Virus record (IMG/VR): IMGVR_UViG_3300025320_000144
Span: 1-49,877 of that record
Origin: a virus
Lineage: Duplodnaviria > Caudoviricetes
Direction: 5' to 3' (one strand)
Length of the DNA stretch: 49,877 nucleotides
Position numbers and translations under genes: made by a program. Positions 1-9,078 of this stretch are shown here, one piece after another. Every line of letters starts with the position of its first letter. The stretch's first letter is position 1. The notes beneath the pieces are model-generated. The model was given only the letters and a program-made list of their open reading frames with translations. It made no database searches and was not told the DNA's origin.

Positions 1-174
1 ATGAGCACCATTACGCAACCGCAGCCCAGCCGCGTCCCCATCACGTCACACGACATGGACATGGTCGCGCGGGCGTTCGGCTTCCAGTCCTACTCCCACC
101 TCGAGCGGGTGCTGAAGGGCGATGCACCATCCGCCCTGCAAGAGGGCAGTCGGAATTGGCGGTCACGCCAGTGA
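1..174 (+). CDS. Hypothetical protein (57 aa, MSTITQPQPS...)
   Basis: ATG at 1, TGA at 172-174, GTGA overlap with the next gene; read by hand. Confidence 0.6.
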   Translation: MSTITQPQPSRVPITSHDMDMVARAFGFQSYSHLERVLKGDAPSALQEGSRNWRSRQ

Positions 175-320
175 GCCTCCATCTCCCGCAACATCTCCCG
201 CACGTCGGCCCCGAGCTGCGGAGCCTGCTGTACGCGCTCGCCGGGGTGGTCGGCCTGCTCATGCTCACCGTCGGCATCTGGTGGGTAGCCACCTACGGCG
301 GGGGGCCGATCCCGTCATGA
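171..320 (+). CDS. Small membrane protein (49 aa)
   Basis: GTGA and ATGA overlaps on both sides; one hydrophobic segment LLYALAGVVGLLMLTVGIWWVA. Confidence 0.6.
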   Translation: MSLHLPQHLPHVGPELRSLLYALAGVVGLLMLTVGIWWVATYGGGPIPS

Positions 321-619
321 TGACCTTCGCTGTTCTGGTGCTCGCGCTGACCGTCCTCGCGCTGAGCCTGTACGTCCTGCACCGCGCAGCGGCATTCGCC
401 CGGTCAGGTGGCGAGAATGCGGCGGCCGATCCGGCACCGCTGGTAGCCCCGCTGCGCCTGGTCACACACGACGAGCGCCACGAGCGCCTCGTCACCGCCG
501 CGATGCGCCGTCACCCCGCCGGTAGCCGGCGGCCCCAGATGTCCCCTCCGGCCGAGGGGATGGCGACGCCCGGCGCGGCTGTAGGAGTTGCCACGCCGGG
601 TGTCGTGTCCAAGCCCTGA
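317..619 (+). CDS. Membrane-anchored hypothetical protein
   Basis: Start MMTFAVLVLALTVLALSLYVL inside ORF 122..619; ATGA overlap. Confidence 0.6.
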   Translation: MMTFAVLVLALTVLALSLYVLHRAAAFARSGGENAAADPAPLVAPLRLVTHDERHERLVTAAMRRHPAGSRRPQMSPPAEGMATPGAAVGVATPGVVSKP

Positions 620-655
620 CACCACAGAACCAACCCCCCCAAGAAGGAGTACCAC

Positions 656-1063
656 ATGACCACGATCCGCGAGCTCGTCACCCATACCGGAATCCCCGTC
701 CACGACTACCTCGACCACGATGCCGACATACCGCGCGTGCACCGCGCCGCAGCACAGGGCGACGTGCTCGTTCTGCGTGTCACCACGACCGCGGCCACCA
801 CTCCGATGCCGCACACCGTGATGGTGGTCGCGTCGGAGGCATCCTCCAACACTCACACACTGCACCCCGCAGGTCCCGCGTTCTGGGACGCGCACGCAGG
901 CCGTGCCAACGGGGACGTACTGCTCGGCATCCTCACCGTCCCGGCCGGATCGACTGCGCTGCTGTCGCATCAGGAGCACGGCGGCCTCGAGATCGAGCCG
1001 GGCACCTACGAGATCCGCCGTCAGCGTGAATATGCCGGCGAGTGGCGGATGGTGGCCGACTAG
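656..1063 (+). CDS. Conserved small His-motif protein (QGDV...HTL...HQEH...PGTYEIRRQREY), usual neighbour of DUF6745 genes
   Basis: AAGGAG RBS; motif pattern recognised; adjacent to the DUF6745-like gene. Confidence 0.8.
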   Translation: MTTIRELVTHTGIPVHDYLDHDADIPRVHRAAAQGDVLVLRVTTTAATTPMPHTVMVVASEASSNTHTLHPAGPAFWDAHAGRANGDVLLGILTVPAGSTALLSHQEHGGLEIEPGTYEIRRQREYAGEWRMVAD

Positions 1064-1065
1064 TC

Positions 1066-2214
1066 ATGCGACTCGACTCACTCACCGCAGAGCAGCAGGG
1101 GCTCCTCCCCGGCGTCCGGAACGAATGGATCCGCACGGGCCTGTCGACCGAGCCCGCCGACCGCGCAGCCGCCGAAGCCGGTGTACGCAAGGCATATGAA
1201 GCCGCTGGCCTCGAGCCGCCGCGGCTCGTGATCTGGCTCGACTCGCCCATGGCCGGCGCGATCGGTCAGGCCATGCTGCGATCGCTACCGGCTCAGGTCC
1301 GGGCTCAGGTCCGGGATCAGGTCTGGGCTCAGGTCTGGGATCAGGTCGGGGATCAGGTCGGGGCTCAGGTCTGGGCTCAGGTCGGGGATCAGGTCGGGGC
1401 TCAGGTCGGGGCTCAGGTCCGGGATCAGGTCGGGGATCAGGTCTGGGCTCAGGTCTGGGATCAGGTCGGGGCTCAGGTCGGGGATCAGGTCTGGGCTCAG
1501 GTCGGGGATCAGGTCGGGGATCAGGTCTGGGATCAGGTCGGGGCTCAGGTCGGGGATTGGTATTCGGGCTCGCTGGGACGCTGGGAGACCGGCTGGCTCG
1601 CGTTCTACGACGCGTTCGCGCGGCTCGGGATTGATACCACACGCCTGACCGGTCTGACCGCTGTCGAACGCAGCGCCGGATGGTGGTGGCCGCTCGCCGG
1701 TGCGGTGGTGATCACCGACCGGCCTACCGTGATCGCCCGCGACAAGGACGGTCGCCTGCATAGTGCCGACGGCCCGGCGGTCCTCTACAGAGACGGGTTC
1801 GCTGTGCACGCATGGCACGGCACCCGTGTCCCTCCCGACCTCGTCGAGACCGGCTGGGACACGAAACGGATCTTCGCCGAATCCAATACCGAGATCCGGC
1901 GCTGTGCCATCGAGCGCATGGGCTGGGATCGGTTCATCGCCGTCGCCGGATTGCGGCGTGTCGGCGAGGAGGCGGTCGATCCCGGAAACGCGCCGTACAC
2001 GATCGCTCTGTACGACCTGCCGGACGAGCTGGCCGACATGTATGAGGAGCGTGCGCGGATCCTGCTGTGCACCAACGGCTCCCCTGAACGAGATGGCACC
2101 CGGCACCGATTCGGCCTGGTCGTTCCCGGGCGTCACACGCACCCGATCGCCGCAGCAGCATCGCTCTACGACATCCCTGTCGCCGCATACGCCGCGCTCG
2201 AAGTCCGCAGATAA
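1066..2214 (+). CDS. DUF6745-like protein with an internal xxQV tetrapeptide repeat
   Basis: [40 protein letters not shown] and NGSPERDGT motifs; ATG at 1066 just after the upstream stop. Confidence 0.8.
   Translation: MRLDSLTAEQQGLLPGVRNEWIRTGLSTEPADRAAAEAGVRKAYEAAGLEPPRLVIWLDSPMAGAIGQAMLRSLPAQVRAQVRDQVWAQVWDQVGDQVGAQVWAQVGDQVGAQVGAQVRDQVGDQVWAQVWDQVGAQVGDQVWAQVGDQVGDQVWDQVGAQVGDWYSGSLGRWETGWLAFYDAFARLGIDTTRLTGLTAVERSAGWWWPLAGAVVITDRPTVIARDKDGRLHSADGPAVLYRDGFAVHAWHGTRVPPDLVETGWDTKRIFAESNTEIRRCAIERMGWDRFIAVAGLRRVGEEAVDPGNAPYTIALYDLPDELADMYEERARILLCTNGSPERDGTRHRFGLVVPGRHTHPIAAAASLYDIPVAAYAALEVRR
1288..1557 (+). repeat. Coding tandem repeat, 22.5 x 12 bp, consensus (T/G/C)GG G(C/A)T CAG GTC
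   Basis: Read directly; encodes (W/G/R)(A/D)QV. Confidence 0.98.
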
Positions 2215-2220
2215 ACACCT

Positions 2221-2251
2221 CGGCCCGGCGAGCGCGTAACTCGCCGGGCCG
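2221..2251 (+). terminator. Hairpin with 12-bp perfect stem, likely terminator lacking a U-tract
   Basis: CGGCCCGGCGAG-N7-CTCGCCGGGCCG directly after the 2214 stop. Confidence 0.65.
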
Positions 2252-2281
2252 GTCCTACAGATCCGAAAGGCAGTCTACCCA

Positions 2282-2521
2282 ATGGGCCAGCACAGCAAGC
2301 CTCAGCACCAGCACCATCCCTTCTCCGCCGTCGCCACCTGGGCGAAAGGCATCCTCGTCCCTCAGCACCAGCACCAGCAGCAGCAGCCGCAGCCCGTGGC
2401 ACCCGTGGCGTCCGGCGCCGTCGAGTGGCTGTCGGGTACCGAGTGGTGCCAGCGGCATTCGCGCGCCGCCGCGACGCACCAGGCGCCCGAGCTCGGCCAC
2501 GACGCAGGGACGGTGCGGTGA
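2282..2521 (+). CDS. His/Gln-rich hypothetical protein
   Basis: ORF with upstream GAAAGG; TGATG overlap with the next gene. Confidence 0.55.
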   Translation: MGQHSKPQHQHHPFSAVATWAKGILVPQHQHQQQQPQPVAPVASGAVEWLSGTEWCQRHSRAAATHQAPELGHDAGTVR

Positions 2522-2847
2522 TGGGTGATCTGTCATTCGCTGCCCCGGCGCACACAATCATCACCGAGGACGGCATCTCGACTCATTGGCTCGCCGAGAT
2601 CGGCGAGTCCGGGGCGTACATCCTGACGCTGGGGCGCGACCCTCACGACAGCGGAAGCGTCAAGCTCTTCCTGTGCGCGCCGATCGCCCGGATGGTGATC
2701 GAGTCGCTCACCGCGGCCATGGTCGCTCACAGCGATCTCCTCGAGGCCGCCAAGACCGCCATCGACGATGCCGTGGCGTCGGCCGCCGTCGCCGAAGAGC
2801 GGCAGTGGGCCGAGCTCGGCGCGGACGCCAAGGCGGTGCAAGCGTGA
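2521..2847 (+). CDS. Hypothetical protein
   Basis: Overlapping starts and stops at both ends. Confidence 0.65.
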   Translation: MGDLSFAAPAHTIITEDGISTHWLAEIGESGAYILTLGRDPHDSGSVKLFLCAPIARMVIESLTAAMVAHSDLLEAAKTAIDDAVASAAVAEERQWAELGADAKAVQA

Positions 2848-3032
2848 TCCTCATTCCCTGCGAGCCCTGCAGAGGCACCGGCCGCGGCCCGTGCATGGCC
2901 TGCGGCGGCGCTGCCGTCGTGGCGGAAGCACCGACGGCCGGACTCTGGTGGCCCGGTATCGAGCCGACAGTCGACGCCGCCGAGGACTACGCCTACGACC
3001 GCGAGCGTGACGCGCAGATCGGGGTCTGCTGA
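2844..3032 (+). CDS. Small CxxCxGxG zinc-finger protein
   Basis: CEPCRGTG...CMACGG; GTGA overlap. Confidence 0.6.
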   Translation: MILIPCEPCRGTGRGPCMACGGAAVVAEAPTAGLWWPGIEPTVDAAEDYAYDRERDAQIGVC

Positions 3033-3325
3033 TGGCGCGGGCACCGATAGATGCCGCACCGCGGTTTGCCGCCAACCACTATGCGGCGCGGAGAGCGCTC
3101 GGGCTCACTCAAACCCAGGTTGCTGCTCGCATGTCGGCGCGCGGCTTCAAGTGGCACCAGGCCACCGTGTACAAGATCGAGAACGGCAGCCGACAAGTTC
3201 ACATCGGCGAAGCCGCGGCAGTTGCCGCCGTTCTTGGCGTCCCGCTCGACCGCATGGTGAGCGAGACGCCCGCCCGGATCGCGCGGATCGCGAAGGACAA
3301 TCTGCGTTCCACGGTGATCGTCTGA
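3032..3325 (+). CDS. XRE-family helix-turn-helix protein
   Basis: RRALGLTQTQVA...WHQATVYKIENGSR...LGVPLD. Confidence 0.85.
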   Translation: MARAPIDAAPRFAANHYAARRALGLTQTQVAARMSARGFKWHQATVYKIENGSRQVHIGEAAAVAAVLGVPLDRMVSETPARIARIAKDNLRSTVIV

Positions 3326-3885
3326 TGGGCAACGTCGAAACGGAGGTGCGCCCCGATCCTGACGGGATCGATGAGGACATCGCGGCCGCCGCCCGCCGCA
3401 CAGTGGCCCGCCACGCCCTCGACGCCGAGGACTGTGGCGGCCTGCTCGACATGCTCGGCCTTCGCGATGAGCCGGCCTGCCGCGCCTGCGGCGGTCCGAT
3501 GCTGACGCACGGCAAGGGCGGCTACAAGCAGGGCCGCGCCGCCGACGGCATGTGCCGCGACTGCCACCGCAAGCAGCGCGACCAGGAAAAGCGTGAGCAG
3601 GAGCGGCGTGAGCAGGAGCAGGGGCACTCGAAATGCGCGTGCGGGCATCTCGCGACCGTCGGCGAGCTGTGCGGCCGGTGCGCCCAATCCGTGCCGCGCG
3701 CCGACCTGCGGGCGCTAGTCGAGCGCATCGTGCGCGACACCGGATGGTCGGTAGCCGAGATCGCCCGGCGGGCCCGGATGCTGCCCCCGACCCTGCGCAG
3801 TCACCTCGCGCCGGGCAATCGGACCCGCGTCCACCGCAGCACGTACACCGCGGTGCTGCGGCTCGCCGAGGAGTTGAGCGCGTGA
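3325..3885 (+). CDS. Zinc-binding protein with C-terminal HTH
   Basis: CRAC, CRDC, CAC and CGRC motifs; GWSVAEIARRA helix. Confidence 0.65.
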   Translation: MGNVETEVRPDPDGIDEDIAAAARRTVARHALDAEDCGGLLDMLGLRDEPACRACGGPMLTHGKGGYKQGRAADGMCRDCHRKQRDQEKREQERREQEQGHSKCACGHLATVGELCGRCAQSVPRADLRALVERIVRDTGWSVAEIARRARMLPPTLRSHLAPGNRTRVHRSTYTAVLRLAEELSA

Positions 3886-4706
3886 CGTCGCCGACCGAGC
3901 CGGGGCTGTACGCCGGCGTTCCGGAATCTGTCTACCACGGCGACCGCCGCTCTGTCTCCTCGTCGCAGGTGCGTCACCTGCTCGAGGTGACTCCGCACCG
4001 CTGGCAGTGGGAGCGCGACAACCCGCGACCGTCGAGCAGCGCGATGGAGTGGGGCACCGCGCTACACACCCTCGTCCTCGGCGTCGGCATGCCGCCGGTC
4101 GACACGGGCTACGACACGTGGAACACCAAGGCCGCCAAGGACAAGGTTGCCGAAGTCCGCGCCAAGGGCGGAATCCCGATGAAGCCCAACGACTTCAGGG
4201 CGGTACATGGCGCCGCCGAGCGTCTGCGGACGCATCCGGCCGCGGCCCCGCTACTCGCCTCCGGCGATTCCGAGCTGTCAGCGTGGGCCCGCGACCCGGA
4301 CACCGGGATCATGCTGCGCGCCCGCGCCGACCGGGTGCACTGGATCGACGAGCGCACCGCGGTGATCGGCGACGTGAAGAAGTCATCCGAGCCGGGGCCC
4401 GACGAATTCGCTTGGAGCGTCGACAAGTACGGATACCACCGGCAGCAGGCGTTTTATCAGCGGGTATTCGAGCTGCTTGGCATCCGCACCAGCTTCGTGT
4501 TTCTGGCCGTGTGCTCAGACCCCCCGTACGAGCCGTACGTCGTCGAGCTGCCCGACCGTGCCGTCGAACTCGGCGAGCGCGACAACGCGCGCGCGCTCGC
4601 CATCTACGCCAAGTGCCTCGCCGACGACAACTGGCCGACGCACGACTCTCGCATCCACGAAATCGACCTGCCCGCAAGGGCTTACAAACGTGAGGAATAT
4701 CTGTGA
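3882..4706 (+). CDS. recE: RecE-like (exonuclease VIII, PD-(D/E)XK) nuclease
   Basis: YH..SSS, GTALHTLVL, RARAD..DVK and YGYHRQQAFY motifs; GTGA overlap. Confidence 0.85.
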   Translation: MTSPTEPGLYAGVPESVYHGDRRSVSSSQVRHLLEVTPHRWQWERDNPRPSSSAMEWGTALHTLVLGVGMPPVDTGYDTWNTKAAKDKVAEVRAKGGIPMKPNDFRAVHGAAERLRTHPAAAPLLASGDSELSAWARDPDTGIMLRARADRVHWIDERTAVIGDVKKSSEPGPDEFAWSVDKYGYHRQQAFYQRVFELLGIRTSFVFLAVCSDPPYEPYVVELPDRAVELGERDNARALAIYAKCLADDNWPTHDSRIHEIDLPARAYKREEYL

Positions 4707-5890
4707 CCACCGAAATCGATATCGCCCGCCACGACGGCCACGCCGAGATCGTGCCCGCGCGGTCGAAGGCCGGCACCGCTGCCGCGGCGATGGACATGCT
4801 GCGTGAGCACGCCGAGATGATGAGCATGGCCTACAAGCTCGCAGACTCGATGGTCGGCACAACCATGGTGCCGAAGATCTATCAGCGCAAGAGCAAGGAC
4901 GACAAGGACGCAGCCAACAATGCGACGGCCGCGATCCTGTACGGCCTCGAACTCGGTCTGAATCCGATTCAGTCGCTGCAACAGGTGTTCTCGGTGCACG
5001 GGACGCCCGCGGTGTACGCGAAGACCATGGTTGCGTTGCTGAAGTCCAAGGGCTACAAGTTCAAGACCATCGAGAGCGGGCCCGAGCGCGTCACCTACTC
5101 CGGTTGGTGGCCCGGCGAGGATCCCGAGACGAGCACGTGGGATATCGAGCGCGCCACGACGGCGGGGTTCGTCCCGACGATCGACGAGGCGACCGGCAAG
5201 TACAAGACCAAGAAGTTCAACGGTGCGAACGGCAATTACGAGAAGCTGATCGGCAACGAGAAGTACCTCACGCAGCCCGAGGAAATGCTGTGGGCCAAGG
5301 CGGCCACCACCGTCTGCAAGCGCCTCGCGCCCGACGTGCTGCTCGGCATCGCACATACCGTCGAGGATCTCGAATCCGAGCCCGACCCCGAACCGGTGCG
5401 CGTGCAGTCCGAGCGCGTGCGCACCGCCGAAATGCTCGACACCGGCGAGCAGGACGCCCCGAAGGTGCAGCAGTGGCAGGCGCCGGTCGACGGCGGCGTC
5501 GGTGAAGCGACCGCCGCGGAAGAGGTCGAAAAGCCGGAAACCGCAGAGGGAACCGTTGCCTCGCCCGCCGTCCCTGACCAGCAAGAATCCGAGGAAACGC
5601 CAGCTCGGCAGGAGACCGCGCCCGCCGCGGGCCCCCGCGGCAAGCCGCCCACCGATCAGCAGATCAAGGAGTTGCAGGCGGCCCTGCGCAGCGAAGGACT
5701 GAAGACGGCTCGGGCGCAGGTGGAATATCTGCGCGACCAGTTCAGACGGCCCACTCTCGGAGCCATATTCGATCTGACCGGCGAGGAGTGCGCAGGCCTG
5801 ACGCACTACCTGATGACGGCCGTCGACGAAGCCCCCGCGGGCGACGCCGCCGTGCAGCTGGCCGTCGACGCCGAGAAGGCGGTCGAGTAG
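4703..5890 (+). CDS. recT: RecT-like single-strand annealing protein
   Basis: AAILYGLELGLNPIQSLQ..VHGTP; KY..QPEEMLWAKA..PDVLLG; follows recE. Confidence 0.75.
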   Translation: MTTEIDIARHDGHAEIVPARSKAGTAAAAMDMLREHAEMMSMAYKLADSMVGTTMVPKIYQRKSKDDKDAANNATAAILYGLELGLNPIQSLQQVFSVHGTPAVYAKTMVALLKSKGYKFKTIESGPERVTYSGWWPGEDPETSTWDIERATTAGFVPTIDEATGKYKTKKFNGANGNYEKLIGNEKYLTQPEEMLWAKAATTVCKRLAPDVLLGIAHTVEDLESEPDPEPVRVQSERVRTAEMLDTGEQDAPKVQQWQAPVDGGVGEATAAEEVEKPETAEGTVASPAVPDQQESEETPARQETAPAAGPRGKPPTDQQIKELQAALRSEGLKTARAQVEYLRDQFRRPTLGAIFDLTGEECAGLTHYLMTAVDEAPAGDAAVQLAVDAEKAVE

Positions 5891-6139
5891 ATGCCGGAGC
5901 AGACGCGGCTGACCACGGTCCTCTGGATAGACCAGCATTCCGACCCCAGCGTCCATCTGTTCACCGTCCGTGCCGAGGCGGAGCAGTGGGCACGGAGGAC
6001 GGCCCGGGAGTTCGACCGGTCCGGCGACTATCAGGAAAAGACCTATCCCGATGGCGAATTGGAGATCAGCTACAGCGTCGAGAGCGACCGTTTGAGCGTT
6101 AAGGATGTCCTCGTGGATGAAGAAGTAGGTGGCGAATAG
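5891..6139 (+). CDS. Hypothetical protein
   Basis: ORF abutting both neighbours. Confidence 0.6.
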   Translation: MPEQTRLTTVLWIDQHSDPSVHLFTVRAEAEQWARRTAREFDRSGDYQEKTYPDGELEISYSVESDRLSVKDVLVDEEVGGE

Positions 6140-6526
6140 GTGGCGATCACCACACCCGAGCAGCTGGCGCTCGCCAAGCGCGTGCGCACGCAGCTGATCG
6201 AGCATCCCGGTCAGCACGATCAGGCGACTTTCTACGGCGAAAACTTGTGCGGCACAACAGCATGCACGGCTGGATGGACCGCGGTTCTCAACGGGGCGAG
6301 CCCGGTCATCAGGGGGCACCCCTCCGCAGGCCTGTGGGCCACTTACGTGATCACTCCGTCCGGCGGTAGGAAAAGGATCTGGACTTACGCGCAAGACGCC
6401 CTCGGCCTGACGGACGAGGAAGCAGCAGACCTGTTCGACGCGGACACCTCGGAGAGCACCGTCGTCGACCACCTCGGGCAGTTGATCGGAGACGCCGAGG
6501 CGAGCCTGAGCGCGGCGACCCGATGA
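6140..6526 (+). CDS. Hypothetical phage protein (CGTTACTAGW motif)
   Basis: ORF; ATGA overlap downstream. Confidence 0.7.
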   Translation: MAITTPEQLALAKRVRTQLIEHPGQHDQATFYGENLCGTTACTAGWTAVLNGASPVIRGHPSAGLWATYVITPSGGRKRIWTYAQDALGLTDEEAADLFDADTSESTVVDHLGQLIGDAEASLSAATR

Positions 6527-6801
6527 GCACCTCAGCCGATCACCGCGCCGAGGCCCTGGCCGCGCTCAGGCTCATCCAGGGCGCCGACAATCCGGTCGCC
6601 GAAATGTCCAGCGCCAGTGAGGCAACCGCGCACGCCCTGCTCGCCGTCGAGGCCCGGCTCGGGCAGGTCGTCGAGCAGCAGCGCATCGCGAACACCATCG
6701 CCGCATTCCAATCGGGCGTCGTCGCCCCCTCCGAATACGACCGCGCGGCCGCCGCCGCGCGCCAGCTGCTCAACCTGCCCAAGGAGCAACCGTTCACATG
6801 A
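6523..6801 (+). CDS. Hypothetical protein
   Basis: ATGA overlaps. Confidence 0.65.
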   Translation: MSTSADHRAEALAALRLIQGADNPVAEMSSASEATAHALLAVEARLGQVVEQQRIANTIAAFQSGVVAPSEYDRAAAAARQLLNLPKEQPFT

Positions 6802-7541
6802 CCACCACCCTCGTGGTCGGCACCGCCGATCTGCGCCAGGCGCTCACCGCGGTCCGGCCGCACGCCTGCACCGACAAGGAAATCCCCGACCTTGCACGGA
6901 TCCGGCTCACTGTCGATCCGCAGAACCTGACCATTACCGGTACCGACCGGTTCACGTGCGGACTCGCCATCGTGAGCGTGTGGGAACTCGCTTGGGAGCC
7001 GGACGACACCGACCTCGTCGAACTCTTGGCCGAGGACATCGCGAAACTGCTGACCATCTTCAAGGCTCCGGCGAAGGACGGTGGCGAGGATGGCCCGCAG
7101 TACACGCTGCGATTCGAGATCACCGCCGATCAGGTGACGGTTACCGACTGTTCCGGATTCGACATCGTGGGGCGCCGCTACCGTATGCCGCGCCTGGAAA
7201 CCGCCGACGCCCTCGACCTCGTGCCCCAGCTCGTCGACCGTATCCACGGCTCCAAGCTCGTGCTGCTCGACGGCGTCAAGGACATGACCGTCAGCGGTGA
7301 CCATCTGGCCCGGTTCAAGGTCGCGTCCAGCACCTACGACCGGCCGGTGAGCCTCGAAACGCGAGGCGAAGGACGCAGCAACTCCCCGACCATCCTCGTG
7401 CGGTGTGGCGAGAGCTTCCTCGGGCTGATGATGCCGCGCCGCCTGCTCGACGACGACGTGCAGCGGGCCCGGGAATGGGCCGACGGATGGACTGCCCGGC
7501 TGCCCGGAATCGTCGGCGCGGCAGCAGCAGGGGGCGCCTGA
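6798..7541 (+). CDS. DNA polymerase III beta-clamp-like protein
   Basis: LTITGTDRF and C-terminal FLGLMMPRRL resemble clamp motifs; AAGGAG RBS. Confidence 0.6.
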   Translation: MTTTLVVGTADLRQALTAVRPHACTDKEIPDLARIRLTVDPQNLTITGTDRFTCGLAIVSVWELAWEPDDTDLVELLAEDIAKLLTIFKAPAKDGGEDGPQYTLRFEITADQVTVTDCSGFDIVGRRYRMPRLETADALDLVPQLVDRIHGSKLVLLDGVKDMTVSGDHLARFKVASSTYDRPVSLETRGEGRSNSPTILVRCGESFLGLMMPRRLLDDDVQRAREWADGWTARLPGIVGAAAAGGA

Positions 7542-7795
7542 TGGGCCATCGCATCACGATCGCGCGCACCCCGGAGGAGCAAGCCGAATTCGTGCGTCGT
7601 GCAGCTGATCTCGCCACCTATGGCGGCGTTACCGTCGTGCTCGCGAACGACCCGGATAACCCGAACGGCGTCGCCGCGTCCCTCAACATCAACCGGCGCG
7701 GCTGCCCGTGCTTCGTAGCCGTCGCCGAGGCGCTGATGGAGATCGGCGCGCAGCTCGCGCTCATGCATGACTCGGGACCGTGCGGGGAGTGGTAG
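7541..7795 (+). CDS. Hypothetical protein
   Basis: TGATG overlap. Confidence 0.6.
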   Translation: MGHRITIARTPEEQAEFVRRAADLATYGGVTVVLANDPDNPNGVAASLNINRRGCPCFVAVAEALMEIGAQLALMHDSGPCGEW

Positions 7796-7797
7796 CC

Positions 7798-8142
7798 GTG
7801 ACCGAGCCGTCGCTGTTCCCGTTCCTCGAGCCGGTTGCCGTCCCGGACCGGCTCGAGGGGATGGGCAAGGACGCGCGGCGCACGCTGCGCAACGCCGACC
7901 TGATCGCCCAGGGATTCAATCCCGGCACCCGGGAGCGCCTACACCGTGACGCCGCGAAGGACCGCACGGGGCCCGGTCTGCGCTGCCGCGACTGCAAATC
8001 CATCTACCGCACCGGCGCCGGGAACAAGACGTTCAACAAGTGCGAGCGCGCCGGCGAATGCAATTCGCGCGGCAGCTGGGGACCGGATATGCGCGGCTGG
8101 TGGCCCGCGTGCCGATTGTTCGCCCCTGGGGGGACGCCATGA
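7798..8142 (+). CDS. Cys-rich hypothetical protein
   Basis: CRDC...KC...WPAC pattern. Confidence 0.65.
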   Translation: MTEPSLFPFLEPVAVPDRLEGMGKDARRTLRNADLIAQGFNPGTRERLHRDAAKDRTGPGLRCRDCKSIYRTGAGNKTFNKCERAGECNSRGSWGPDMRGWWPACRLFAPGGTP

Positions 8143-8199
8143 CGCCATATTCGTTTGTGCTACAGGGGATTTCAGGGGCAGTTGAGGAGGTGTGCGGCC

Positions 8200-9078
8200 G
8201 TGACATGGTTTCGGGTCGACGATGGGTTCTACGACCACCCGAAGGTCCTTGACGCGGGTGTCGCGGCCATCGGGTTGTGGACGTTGGCGGGTGCCTATTG
8301 CGCGCGCCATCTCACCGATGGCGTGATCACCGACCGCCAGATTCGGGCCATCGGAGGCACCCGAAAACAGGCCGCGAAACTCGTCGAAGTAGGTCTCTGG
8401 TCATGCGACGAATCGCGCGCCGACGCGTCGCCGAGTGCGCGCCGTTACTTCTTCAACGATTGGCGGGAGTATCAACCGTCGCGCGCCGACGTGACAACGC
8501 GTCGCCAAGACGATGCCGAACGTAAGCGCGCCGCGAGGGTAGCCAAGGCCGATAAGCAGGGAAAACCTGAAAATGTCCAGCCGGACATCCAGCCGGACGG
8601 CGCGCGGACACCTCCGGACGCGTCCGCGTGGAATCCGCTCTACCCGACCCGACCCGACCCTTATATAGCGACTCACCCCGAGCAGCAATCTCACGTAAGT
8701 AGCGCGAGCGAACGCGACGAGCCGCCACGCGGCCCGGTCGTCGACGCCGTCGGCTGGGGACTCGTCCGTGACGAGATCCCCGCCGAGCACCCGCACGCCA
8801 TCCGCACCGATCTCGCCATCCGTGCCGGAGTGCTGCTCAAATCCGGCACCCCCGAAGCGGACGTTCGCGCCGCGCTCGGGCTGTGGCTCGCAAAACCCGC
8901 TCTCGGTCCCGGCGTGCTGCCCTCGCTCGTCTCCGAGATCGTCCGCAACCGATCCCGCCCACCCGCACCCGTCGCCTCCCAGGGCTCGACCGCCGACCAA
9001 CGCGTCGCCCAAGCCCAAGCCGTCAAAGCAGCTATCGCAGCCCGCCTCGCAGCCGACCCGAAAGCCCTCGAACAGTGA
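8200..9078 (+). CDS. Phage replication initiator-like protein
   Basis: WFRVDDGFYDHPK...GLW..AG.YC..HLTDG and DW.EYQP motifs; PTRPDP linker; GAGGAGG RBS. Confidence 0.75.
   Translation: MTWFRVDDGFYDHPKVLDAGVAAIGLWTLAGAYCARHLTDGVITDRQIRAIGGTRKQAAKLVEVGLWSCDESRADASPSARRYFFNDWREYQPSRADVTTRRQDDAERKRAARVAKADKQGKPENVQPDIQPDGARTPPDASAWNPLYPTRPDPYIATHPEQQSHVSSASERDEPPRGPVVDAVGWGLVRDEIPAEHPHAIRTDLAIRAGVLLKSGTPEADVRAALGLWLAKPALGPGVLPSLVSEIVRNRSRPPAPVASQGSTADQRVAQAQAVKAAIAARLAADPKALEQ
8576..8625. promoter_or_regulatory. Iteron-like repeats, candidate origin inside the initiator gene
   Basis: TCCAGCCGGAC twice (8576, 8588), further CGGAC/GTCCG units, adjacent A-rich GAAAACCTGAAAAT. Confidence 0.5.

Noticed and set aside
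1288-1557. CRISPR array
   Set aside because: Contiguous 12-bp in-frame units with no spacers and no cas genes
1082-2142. Antisense ORFs with PRPD/PDLS repeats (1082..1642, 1285..2142)
   Set aside because: Shadow frames of the repeat; the + frame carries the conserved motifs
3032-3325. Immunity repressor
   Set aside because: Embedded and translationally coupled in the rightward early operon with no divergent promoter region; called only an XRE HTH protein
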